DNA of 64,000 nucleotides from a bacterium. GTDB lineage: Bacteria; Zhuqueibacterota; Zhuqueibacteria; Residuimicrobiales; Krinioviventaceae. A program made the translations under genes and the position numbers. Shown piece after piece: positions 24,808-34,010 of this stretch (position 1 is the stretch's first letter; every line of letters begins with the position of its first letter). The stretch covers positions 3,744,001 through 3,808,000 of the forward strand of contig OY843751.1 in the NCBI GenBank assembly GCA_963693055.1, given 5' to 3'. The notes beneath the pieces are model-generated. The model did not search any database. It had not been told where the DNA came from and saw only the letters and a list, made by a program, of their open reading frames with translations.

Positions 24808-27699
24808 TTACTCTTGATCCTTTACACAACGGATAGACGAGCTCTTGGCATTGCTTGTGTGTGAAACAATCGGGTTATCGTAATTCAAAATCCGTACCCA
24901 TGCATAATGTATAGGTGAAGAAACAGCAGTAGATGACCAAAAGTACGCATATCGAGTCATATCTTCGAAAGATCCAGTCGCATAACGGGCGCCACCGGCT
25001 AGTGCTGAAAAACCACTTTCGTTTGTTGCTCCGGTGTTTGGATTTCTCCAATACCCTGCCCCTTCTTCTTTCATTTTACCACCGGCAACATTTTCACCAC
25101 CAAGGTAATTGATCAAAGTATTCCACTCTTCATCTGTTGGTACATGCCAGCCTTCCGGTGCAACTTTTCGTTCATCACTAACCGCATACCAATTATACAA
25201 GGCACCAAACATACCGGCATAATTGCTGTTATCATTATAAAAACAATATGCACCCTCTGTTGTCGTAATCCATGCGTCATCTCCAATCACATTGGGAATA
25301 GGGTCACCATTTCTATAATGCTTTACATTCAGATTATCTGCCATCCACCATTGATCACCTATCTTGACAGTTCTGTATGAATTGCCATCAATATCTGTAA
25401 GGGATCCAGTTTCAAAATTTAACCCATTATTAACGATTGTAAAAAAACCATCACTAAAATCAGATAATCCGGTTTCTTTACCTGTAATTTTGATTCGATA
25501 GTCACTGCCTGTTACCAAATCTGTTGAAATAATCCAGGTAAAATCTCCATCGTTGCTGGTACCTGTATCTTTTAATCGCTCAACTAATGCATTGCCTTTA
25601 TACAAGTCAACATATACCCTATCATCATTTGAACTATTTTCCCATCTTATGATAAGTTTGTCCCAAACCTCCAATGTTTCTCCACCGTTAGGAAAATAAA
25701 CAAGCGGCAATGATCCAACATCACGATCTTTGACAAGGCGGAGAGAGAAACCATTTTGTTTATGACTTTCAAGCATATCGCTGGCATTGCTTTCATAATT
25801 CAAATTCCGGCGCAATCCTTTAAAACTATTATATTCTGAAGATGTCCAAAAATAAGCATAATTCCCCAGTTCCATAAAAGCTGCTTCCAGCTTGGCACAA
25901 TATCCACCGGGAAGTGCAGTAAATCCGCTCTCATTGGTAGCACCCGTATTCGGGCTACTCCAAAAGCTGGTACCTTCTGATTTTAATTTTCCACCTGCAA
26001 CCCCTTTACCACCCAGATAATTTTCAAGCTCGCTCCATTCCGCACTTGTAGGCACATGCCAGCCTTCAGGTGCAATCTTGCGGCCATCTGTAACAGCAAA
26101 CCAGTTATATAAAGCACCATAGACTTGGCCATTATTACTGTTATTGTTATAATAACAATAAGCACCGGTTAATAAATTTGCCCATACATTCAGGTCCATT
26201 TCATTAGCAATGGGATCCCCATTACGATAATGCTTAACATTGAGGTTTTCAGCCATCCACCACTGATCACCTATCTTGATAGTTTTATAAGTATTGCCAT
26301 CATTATCAACCATGTTTCCATATATATTACTAACTGTCACAGTCGCTTCTGCTGTAATTCCATTGTATTCAGCTTGAACGGTAACATTACCGGAAGCTTG
26401 TTGAGAAGCTGTGAATAAACCATCATTATTAATTTCTACTGCATCTCCCGACACAATTGACCAATTGGCATTGACTGTTACATCTTTTTCACTATCATCA
26501 CTATATTGTGCCATACAAGTAAAATAAAATGAACTTGCATTTGCAACAGTGGTATTATGGGGAGTTATGAAAATACTTTCTACTATTGTGAAATTGGTAT
26601 CACCTATTACACATCGGAATCCACGATTTTTATAACCGATCCATGCATAATCACGATTACGATTTGCGGGTTTGGCCTTGACTTGTGCATCGTCCCAGGC
26701 ACCACCACGCAACACATGAGCATTGATATCATTTAGAGGGCCCTGTGGATTATTATCAGGACTTGCTCCATAATAATTGCGATCATATTGATCCACACAC
26801 CACTCCCAAACATTACCACTCATATCGTAAATACCTGCTTCATTGGCTTGTTTTTGTCCAACAGCTTGTACACTGTTGTTGGAATTTGCTCTGTACCAGC
26901 CGACTGCATCCATATCATTACTGCCGCTATAGATATAGCCCTGACTTTGGCTACCGCCTCGGGCCGCATATTCCCATTCTGCTTCACTGGGTAACCGTTT
27001 TGCATAGTATTTGGCATAGGCATCTGCACCAAACCAGGTAACATTGGTTACCGGATATTCTTCTTTATCATCTGTAACCGAAAACGTTCCATTTTCGTAA
27101 ACGATCTTGCAGTCTTGATCAGAAAGATCCAGCAGCGTGGTGGTATCCTGTTTCACTGTACTTCCGGATATTGTAATCAGATCTTGCGCAAGCATCGCAT
27201 TCAAAAACTCGGTGTATTGCGACTTGGTCACTTCATAGGGATCCATGTAAAAATCGCTCAATGTAACAGTATGTACAGGACTTTCATCATCATCACCGTC
27301 AGTGCTGCCCATATCAAAGGTGCCACCTTTAACAAAAACCATCCTGGGCTCTTTGTAATCACTGGCTGTAACGCGAACACGGTAACCCTCTCCACTTACT
27401 TCAGGATTATCAGCCAGAAAATCCCACACTATGTGCTTGTCCGTACCTGCAAGCACACTGTCTCCTACATCACCCGTGACATGACTCACCGGCAGTTCCC
27501 AGCTTGCACCATCATCGTCTGATGCTTTTACTGTAACGGTTAGTGTATCTCCGTCCGCATCAGTAACATCATAATAAATATCCGCTTTGAGCGAACCGTC
27601 TGTGCGTTGTTCCAAACGTACATTCTCAACCACAGGATCTGCAGCATATGACAGTCCTATGATTATGATCATAAACAGTATTGCTAAATTCTTTTTCAT
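24808..27699 (-). CDS. Secreted mosaic protein: Ig-like N-domain, FGE/SUMF1-like, Big_2, 2x FISUMP
   Basis: AADPVVENVRLEQRTDGSL N-terminus shared with the two paralogs; FGE and FISUMP motifs. Confidence 0.88.
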   Translation of the reverse strand: MKKNLAILFMIIIIGLSYAADPVVENVRLEQRTDGSLKADIYYDVTDADGDTLTVTVKASDDDGASWELPVSHVTGDVGDSVLAGTDKHIVWDFLADNPEVSGEGYRVRVTASDYKEPRMVFVKGGTFDMGSTDGDDDESPVHTVTLSDFYMDPYEVTKSQYTEFLNAMLAQDLITISGSTVKQDTTTLLDLSDQDCKIVYENGTFSVTDDKEEYPVTNVTWFGADAYAKYYAKRLPSEAEWEYAARGGSQSQGYIYSGSNDMDAVGWYRANSNNSVQAVGQKQANEAGIYDMSGNVWEWCVDQYDRNYYGASPDNNPQGPLNDINAHVLRGGAWDDAQVKAKPANRNRDYAWIGYKNRGFRCVIGDTNFTIVESIFITPHNTTVANASSFYFTCMAQYSDDSEKDVTVNANWSIVSGDAVEINNDGLFTASQQASGNVTVQAEYNGITAEATVTVSNIYGNMVDNDGNTYKTIKIGDQWWMAENLNVKHYRNGDPIANEMDLNVWANLLTGAYCYYNNNSNNGQVYGALYNWFAVTDGRKIAPEGWHVPTSAEWSELENYLGGKGVAGGKLKSEGTSFWSSPNTGATNESGFTALPGGYCAKLEAAFMELGNYAYFWTSSEYNSFKGLRRNLNYESNASDMLESHKQNGFSLRLVKDRDVGSLPLVYFPNGGETLEVWDKLIIRWENSSNDDRVYVDLYKGNALVERLKDTGTSNDGDFTWIISTDLVTGSDYRIKITGKETGLSDFSDGFFTIVNNGLNFETGSLTDIDGNSYRTVKIGDQWWMADNLNVKHYRNGDPIPNVIGDDAWITTTEGAYCFYNDNSNYAGMFGALYNWYAVSDERKVAPEGWHVPTDEEWNTLINYLGGENVAGGKMKEEGAGYWRNPNTGATNESGFSALAGGARYATGSFEDMTRYAYFWSSTAVSSPIHYAWVRILNYDNPIVSHTSNAKSSSIRCVKDQE

Positions 27700-27736
27700 T
27701 TGTGCCCCTTTTATTATTCAGGTTTATTTTGTCTGC

Positions 27737-28726
27737 TTATTTTAACAGCATCATTTTCTGGATAAATACATGACCTCCGGATTCAAATCGACACAGGTAC
27801 ATACCGCTGGTTACCGGCATTCCCTGATTGTCTCGAGCGTCCCATTGGATGGTATAACGGCCGGCCTGGCGTTGTCCGTTTTCCAAATTACGGATTACCT
27901 GACCCACACTGTTGTATACAACCAAAGAGACATCAGAGGTCTTGGGCAGATGATAAGTTACAAATGTAGTTGGATTAAATGGATTCGGATACACTGGCAG
28001 CAATGCAAATGTTTTCGGTATGGAGGCTTCGCCATTTATACCTGTTGCCCAAGTACTGAATGACCAAGCACTTGAAAACTCGCCTTCCCCGGCTGGATTG
28101 ATTGCACTGATGCGCCAGTACCAGGTCTTGTTCATTTCAAGATCTACAGCATACTGGGTCTCTGCGATTCCGGTTTCATCAATAGTTAATTCTGAAAAAT
28201 CCTGTTTGTTTGATACCTGCAAATGATAAGATCCCGCACCGTCTACACTGTTCCAGCTCAACTGCTGATTGGGGCTGATGCCTTCAGCGCCGTTCTCCGG
28301 CTCTACCAAGTCCGGTGCCGATACAGGCTCGAGTGTGGTAAATGTCCATACAGAAGAATACGGACTGCTGCCCGCGGCATTTACGGCATTAACACGCCAA
28401 TAATGCTGCGTGTTGAAAGATAGTCCTGTGACTTTATACAGCGTATCTGTTATTGCAGCTGCGTCAACCAGCAGCGTATTAAAATCATCCACAGTGCTCA
28501 TTTGCACATTGAATTCTGATGTGTGAATAAGTGATTTCCAGATCAGTTGAACTGAATCCGGAAGGGATGTTTGTCCGTTTGCTGGCCCACTCAATGCAGG
28601 AGCTGCGGGTGGCAGCGAAGTCATGAATACAGATTCGGATTCACCAATACCGGTACCGGCTATCAGCACAGATCCAATCAATATCACAATCATAGAAACC
28701 AGTAATGCTTTTTGCTGATTAGACAT
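27737..28726 (-). CDS. Secreted protein with two FN3-like domains and FlgD-Ig/T9SS-like C-terminal sorting domain
   Basis: Signal peptide; P.L..P.NG...YWRV.A.N..G...S..W.F.T twice; YPNPFNP...SGMYL...KMMLLK. Confidence 0.85.
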   Translation of the reverse strand: MSNQQKALLVSMIVILIGSVLIAGTGIGESESVFMTSLPPAAPALSGPANGQTSLPDSVQLIWKSLIHTSEFNVQMSTVDDFNTLLVDAAAITDTLYKVTGLSFNTQHYWRVNAVNAAGSSPYSSVWTFTTLEPVSAPDLVEPENGAEGISPNQQLSWNSVDGAGSYHLQVSNKQDFSELTIDETGIAETQYAVDLEMNKTWYWRISAINPAGEGEFSSAWSFSTWATGINGEASIPKTFALLPVYPNPFNPTTFVTYHLPKTSDVSLVVYNSVGQVIRNLENGQRQAGRYTIQWDARDNQGMPVTSGMYLCRFESGGHVFIQKMMLLK

Positions 28727-28951
28727 AAAATGTCTCCATTTTTTAATAATTAAATGAAAATAAAAATTTTATTAGAAACTGACCTTGGTGCTGTGTGCGG
28801 CCCACTTTCCCCCTCTCTTTTGAGCCAATATCAATATAACTAGAATACAAAGAAAGATGTTGCCCCCTGAGTGATTAATTAAAAAATTTAAAAATTCCCC
28901 CAGACACAATCGCAATATCCCTCTTTCTATTAAACGAAACAAAAGTTACTA

Positions 28952-28968
28952 TTCAAAATGCCTGCCAA
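28952..28968 (-). promoter_or_regulatory. Sigma54-like -24/-12 promoter for the FN3/FISUMP operon
   Basis: Minus strand TTGGCAGGCATTTTGAA: correct spacing, with GA instead of GC at -12. Confidence 0.5.
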
Positions 28969-29041
28969 AAAATATTTTTCCCATAAATATTTATTTTAAA
29001 GACACTTACGCAAAAAAGAATAAAAGCTAAGCAATAAAATA

Positions 29042-29060
29042 GTACGAAATTCATTCGTAC
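29042..29060. promoter_or_regulatory. Dyad GTACGAA-N5-TTCGTAC, candidate enhancer-binding protein site
   Basis: Perfect 7-bp inverted repeat about 75 bp upstream of the sigma54-like site. Confidence 0.4.
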
Positions 29061-29182
29061 CATTTACATTTTTTTCATAGAATAGAAAGGATTATTATTT
29101 TGAATAATTATAAAATACCCCAAGTAGTTTCTTTGAAAAATTGATTATTAGAAAAAGACTTACCAGGATGGAACTTTGGCTA

Positions 29183-30628
29183 TTACTTACCTGTCTTAAT
29201 CAATCTTGATATTACTATATCCAATTCTTTATATCGATCAGGCCCACCACCTGTATCGATAAAATCAATGATACCCTCGGGATTGATAATAATATGAACA
29301 GGATGGCCATGTATATTATAAAGCGAATCAATATGGCTTGAATTAGGTATAATCCGATATGAGAATGGATGATTTTCTAAAAATTTATTTACGGTCGTTA
29401 TATCATTAAATGTCAGAGCTAGAAATTCAATATTTCTATTTTTATACTTTTTCACGAGTTTATTCAATCCCGGCATTTCAGCAATACATGGTGGACAACC
29501 AGTGTACCAAAAATTTAAAATAAGATACTTGCCACGATAATCTTTCAAAGTAACTCTTTGGTTATTCATATCCATTGCTTCAAAATCAGGAGCACGTTTA
29601 CCTTTTGCTATTCTTTTTACAGGTTTACCTTTCTTTTGAATTTTTTCAAATACAATATGCCGACCCAAGATATCAATTTCTTTAACACTCAGGCTTGCAT
29701 TTTCAAGGTGAATTGTTTCATTTGCTTTAAACCTCTCTCCATTGAAGCTTTGATATTCCCAAATACCATCCTTATTGACATCAATAAACACTGATACCCA
29801 GGGCTTGTGAAAAGTAGCATATCGATATATTTTATAAGGAGAAATAATTATATTATAGTCAATATCATTTACCGTTAAAGTCCCCTTGCGCATTTGCCTG
29901 ATTTCACCTATAAAATTATCAGGGTTAGTAAATACTTTTTCTTCCGTTTTATCTTTGATTGAAGGATACAAAAGTGCAATTTCAACTTTTGATTTCCTGA
30001 TACGATTATTTTCAGGATATTCAAATTCTACAGTAGTATCAACAAAATAAAAATCAATTCTCTCTTTTTCGGATTGTTGAATAACAAGCTTTTTAAATGT
30101 TGTATCCAAATCAATACATTGAAACAACTGGATTTCTTCATTGCTAAATTTCTCATCATTATTCGTATCAAAACCAACTAAAAATTCACCTCGTTTATTC
30201 TTTCCTACCCAGAATGAAATTTCACTATCATAACTCAAATCCCAATTATAATCACTATACATATCTTTTATATTCTGGATTGTTGGACCATTGGAAAGAT
30301 TCTGAGATAATATATATTTTGCCCAAATCATATCCGCATTGGGAGCGCAAAGAGAGAACAGACCAAAATATTGAATATCAATATCTTTTGGTAAATCCTT
30401 TAATGGTTCCAACGGTTCATTTGAGATCAAACCCCGTTCATACAATTCCAAATACCTGGAGGAAATATTCTGCAATGAAGGATCTGGTTCAAAATCTGGC
30501 GACAAATCACTATAAATAATCGGTACCAAATCGACTTTGATTATATTATTATCATTTTTTTCACTTTTATCACAGGAACATAATAAAACAATTAGTATAA
30601 AAAGTATACAAATCCCTGATTTTATCAT
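29183..30628 (-). CDS. Lipoprotein with C-terminal TlpA/AhpC-TSA thioredoxin-like domain
   Basis: Lipobox LCSC; APDFEA...LNFWYTGCPPCIAEMP; visibly more AT-rich than its neighbours. Confidence 0.85.
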   Translation of the reverse strand: MIKSGICILFILIVLLCSCDKSEKNDNNIIKVDLVPIIYSDLSPDFEPDPSLQNISSRYLELYERGLISNEPLEPLKDLPKDIDIQYFGLFSLCAPNADMIWAKYILSQNLSNGPTIQNIKDMYSDYNWDLSYDSEISFWVGKNKRGEFLVGFDTNNDEKFSNEEIQLFQCIDLDTTFKKLVIQQSEKERIDFYFVDTTVEFEYPENNRIRKSKVEIALLYPSIKDKTEEKVFTNPDNFIGEIRQMRKGTLTVNDIDYNIIISPYKIYRYATFHKPWVSVFIDVNKDGIWEYQSFNGERFKANETIHLENASLSVKEIDILGRHIVFEKIQKKGKPVKRIAKGKRAPDFEAMDMNNQRVTLKDYRGKYLILNFWYTGCPPCIAEMPGLNKLVKKYKNRNIEFLALTFNDITTVNKFLENHPFSYRIIPNSSHIDSLYNIHGHPVHIIINPEGIIDFIDTGGGPDRYKELDIVISRLIKTGK

Positions 30629-30679
30629 ATATCACCTCTTGAATCAAGTTCTTAACTATTTGATAAAAATACAAATATT

Positions 30680-31407
30680 GAATCATCCCATAAAAACTAG
30701 CACGACGATCGGGAACTCCCATTAGCTTGTACGGTTGACTGTATTTATCATTAACGTGATAAGGGCCATGTGGTGCATTGGTGGCAAGATAACAAAAAAA
30801 AGGCCGATCTTTATGCTTTTCGATAAAATAAAGTGTTTCTGCAAACCAGATGTCTGTACAATAGCCATTATATTTTTGAGGAATGCCATTATGAAAATAG
30901 GTGTCGTCAAAATAATCATTATACCAATAATCCAGAGTTTGCCCTACTCCACCTCCACCATGAGCTACGGTTTCATCAAAACCACGATCAAAAGGCTCAA
31001 ATGGAAAAGAATCTCCCAAATGCCATTTACCAAACATACCCGTAGTATAACCGTTAGCATGAAAAACATTTGCCATGGTCACTTTATCCTGTCGTAAAAG
31101 AGAACGTCCCATAACAGTATGCCATACACCGGTTCGGTTACAGTATCGCCCGGTCATCAGGCCTGCACGTGTAGGCGAGCAGGTAGGCCCAACATGAAAG
31201 TTAGTCAACCTGGTGCTTTCAGCATACAATGTATCCATTGCAGGTGTTTTCAACCAGGGATTGCCATGACATATCACCATATCCCTGGTCATCTGTGACA
31301 ACCAGAACGATATTGAGTTTTTCGGATTGAGTAAAAGTGCACTTGCTTATGGATAATGAAGCAAGTGCACCAGTACCTAATAATTTAACAAAAGATCGTC
31401 TATTCAT
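30680..31407 (-). pseudogene. Arylsulfatase pseudogene (frameshifted and 3'-truncated)
   Basis: Tat signal MNRRSF and TDDQGYGD in one frame; CHGNP..TCSPTRAGLMTGRY..GKWHLG..NAPHGP in another; homology ends at FYGMI. Confidence 0.88.
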
Positions 31408-31409
31408 TC

Positions 31410-32768
31410 TTAATCATTCAAAAACAGCTCAATTACCGGTACAGTAACATTCGGTGCTTTTACTGGTATTTCCAGTGTGAGTGTATTGTCTTTTTTGCCT
31501 TCACCGGACATCCAAGCACCGCCCCTGTCGCTGAATTCCAACTCCGAAGCGTCATTCAAAAGCTGAGCGTATTTCACTTTGCCCTTGAATCCCGGTAAAT
31601 GTATATAGCGGAACGGCCAGGCCAAAACATGCACATACATTCGGTTCAATTCAGGATTATAGGTAAGCATGCAGTTTTGCGGCATTTCAAAACCTTCCGG
31701 TGCTGCTGTACATCCATAAATAGAGCGGCCGTGGTATTTGAGCCATTCACCCATTGCATCCAGGCGATCCATTGCACGATCATCAAAATTACCGCGGGCG
31801 GTTGGTCCTACATTCAACAGCAGGTTCCCGCCTTTGCTGGTGGTTTCAATCAGCATGGTAACCAGTTGTTTCGGATCTTTCCAGCTATATTCGTCACGAT
31901 AGTATCCCCATGATCCTGAAAAAGTCTGACAGGTTTCCCAAGGTACCTCTTTACCACCATAATTAACCCAGGTTTTAGGCATAAATTGTTCAGGTGTGCG
32001 GAAATCCCAGCCACCGGGCGTATCAAGCAGATCCAGACGATCATTGACGATAACATTGGGCTGTAATTTTCTGATCAATGACAGCAATTCTTTAGAATGC
32101 CAGTCATCATGTCCCTTTCCGTCTTTACCAGGAAAAGAAAAATCCATAAACAATAGATCGATCTGACCATAATCAGTCAAGAGTTCGGTCAACTGATTTT
32201 TCATATATTCCACGTATACATCCATATCACGGTCTTTGGTTTTTTCGCGGAATTCTTTATTATCACGCATAGGGTGCCTGCTATCAACAGGATATTCGGG
32301 ATGGTGCCAGTCAATTAACGAGTAATACAAACCCACACGCAATCCTTCGGCACGGTAAGCATCCAACATGGGTTTTAACAGATCTTTACCACAGGGAGTG
32401 TTGGGTGCTTTATAATCAGTATATTCGGTGTCCCACAGGCAGAATCCTTCATGATGTTTGGCAGTAATGACCATATACTTCATTCCGGCATCTTTGGCTG
32501 CTTTTGCCCATTCCTGGGGATTATACATATCCGGATCAAACAGATCAAAATAGATCTGATACCGTTCATCTTTCATTCTTTCCCGATTTTTTACCCATTC
32601 ATGACGCGCTGCCATAGCATATGTGCCCCAATGGATAAACATTCCAAAACGTGCATCTGTCCACCATTGCAACCGCTGTTGTTTTTGCTGGGGAGATTCA
32701 ACAGGTATTTGAGCAAAAACCTGCAACGCAAATAACAGGATTAAGAATAAAGATAATTTTTTAACCAT
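31410..32768 (-). CDS. Alpha-L-fucosidase (GH29)
   Basis: WWTDARFGMFIHWG, AGMKYMVITAKHHEGFCLWD, GLYYSLIDWHHP, GGNLLLNVGP. Confidence 0.93.
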   Translation of the reverse strand: MVKKLSLFLILLFALQVFAQIPVESPQQKQQRLQWWTDARFGMFIHWGTYAMAARHEWVKNRERMKDERYQIYFDLFDPDMYNPQEWAKAAKDAGMKYMVITAKHHEGFCLWDTEYTDYKAPNTPCGKDLLKPMLDAYRAEGLRVGLYYSLIDWHHPEYPVDSRHPMRDNKEFREKTKDRDMDVYVEYMKNQLTELLTDYGQIDLLFMDFSFPGKDGKGHDDWHSKELLSLIRKLQPNVIVNDRLDLLDTPGGWDFRTPEQFMPKTWVNYGGKEVPWETCQTFSGSWGYYRDEYSWKDPKQLVTMLIETTSKGGNLLLNVGPTARGNFDDRAMDRLDAMGEWLKYHGRSIYGCTAAPEGFEMPQNCMLTYNPELNRMYVHVLAWPFRYIHLPGFKGKVKYAQLLNDASELEFSDRGGAWMSGEGKKDNTLTLEIPVKAPNVTVPVIELFLND

Positions 32769-32814
32769 TCCTGACCTCCAATTGTTTGAATGTAATATAT
32801 AAATTGAATTTTAA

Positions 32815-33975
32815 TTAAATTAGATCTGATTTTTTCAAACGTTCCCCAACTTTTCTCAAAGTATCAATATCAATGGGATCAATACTTCCATCCGGTAAGG
32901 GACCTGTATTAAGCAGCAGATTACAATCCGCATTCCAGGCATCTGTTAACATACGCATAACCTCATCCGCTTTGCGGTGATTGTCCTCGTCTGACTTTTT
33001 ATATCCCCAAACCCGTGGTTGCAGTGTATCGCATATCTCGTTATGCTTATGCTTATTACTTTCCCAGGCATTACGGGGAACCTCCTGCATTTCCGGTTTC
33101 TTGAACCGGTCCGCCATGGAATGCCCTGAACGCTCAGGAGCGGCAAAATCTTCATCTCCATTGGCCCCCTGTTTGAAAGAAATTAACGTATACGGCTGTA
33201 ATGACCGGATAAGCGCATAGGTTTCTTTTATGGGAAACAGATCAGGACGAGAATAGTAACCCATTATAGGATCAAACCAAATGCCCGCAATGGGTCCGTA
33301 TTGGGTCAACAATTCTCGTAGCTGATTGTGCACATAATCCACATAGAGCTTAAAATCCTCATCTTTTTCCCACTTGTATTCCGGTTGATGCTGATCATAA
33401 GCAGGACGAGCATTTTGCCATCCGGCATCTCGTGAATAAAAATATGGATGCCGCCAGTCCGCCGCATAAGAGTAATAAAAAAAGAGACCCAGGCCTTTTT
33501 TGTCACACGCCTCTGCCAGATCACCAATCAAATCTCTTTTTGCAGGGGACTGCACGCTGTTAAAATCCGTTTCACGTGTATTAAAAAGACAAAATCCATC
33601 ATGGTGTTTGGCAGTAATATTGATATATTTCATACCAGCATCCAAAGCAAGATCTGTAATAAAATTCGGATCAAACTTTTCTGCTGTAAACCGGTCTTTG
33701 AGTTTTGCATATTCGTAAACCGGAATTTTCTCTCTCAACATCACCCATTCACCACGCTCAAGCAAAGCGTACAATCCGTAATGCATGAACAGGCCAAACT
33801 TTGCGTTCGCAAACCATTGCAATGCCGCTTTTTTAGGATTAGATTGATAAATCTCTTGATAACCAGAGAGGTATGATGGTACATTCGTGGATGATTCACA
33901 CCCATTTAAATATATTGTACTGGCTGTAGTGATAAGCGAGTTTTTAATAAAGGTACGCCGATTGATAGGTTTCAC
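32815..33975 (-). CDS. Alpha-L-fucosidase (GH29), Tat/lipoprotein signal
   Basis: RRTFIK signal, FGLFMHYG, TAKHHDGFCLF, IWFD, NLLLNTGP. Confidence 0.9.
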   Translation of the reverse strand: MKPINRRTFIKNSLITTASTIYLNGCESSTNVPSYLSGYQEIYQSNPKKAALQWFANAKFGLFMHYGLYALLERGEWVMLREKIPVYEYAKLKDRFTAEKFDPNFITDLALDAGMKYINITAKHHDGFCLFNTRETDFNSVQSPAKRDLIGDLAEACDKKGLGLFFYYSYAADWRHPYFYSRDAGWQNARPAYDQHQPEYKWEKDEDFKLYVDYVHNQLRELLTQYGPIAGIWFDPIMGYYSRPDLFPIKETYALIRSLQPYTLISFKQGANGDEDFAAPERSGHSMADRFKKPEMQEVPRNAWESNKHKHNEICDTLQPRVWGYKKSDEDNHRKADEVMRMLTDAWNADCNLLLNTGPLPDGSIDPIDIDTLRKVGERLKKSDLI

Positions 33976-34010
33976 AGGGTCTCTCCTCTACAATTCAGTA
34001 AAATATATTC

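Noticed and set aside
16603-27699. Complete DGR within the window
   Set aside because: No reverse transcriptase, accessory gene or adenine-specific template/variable repeat pair is visible.
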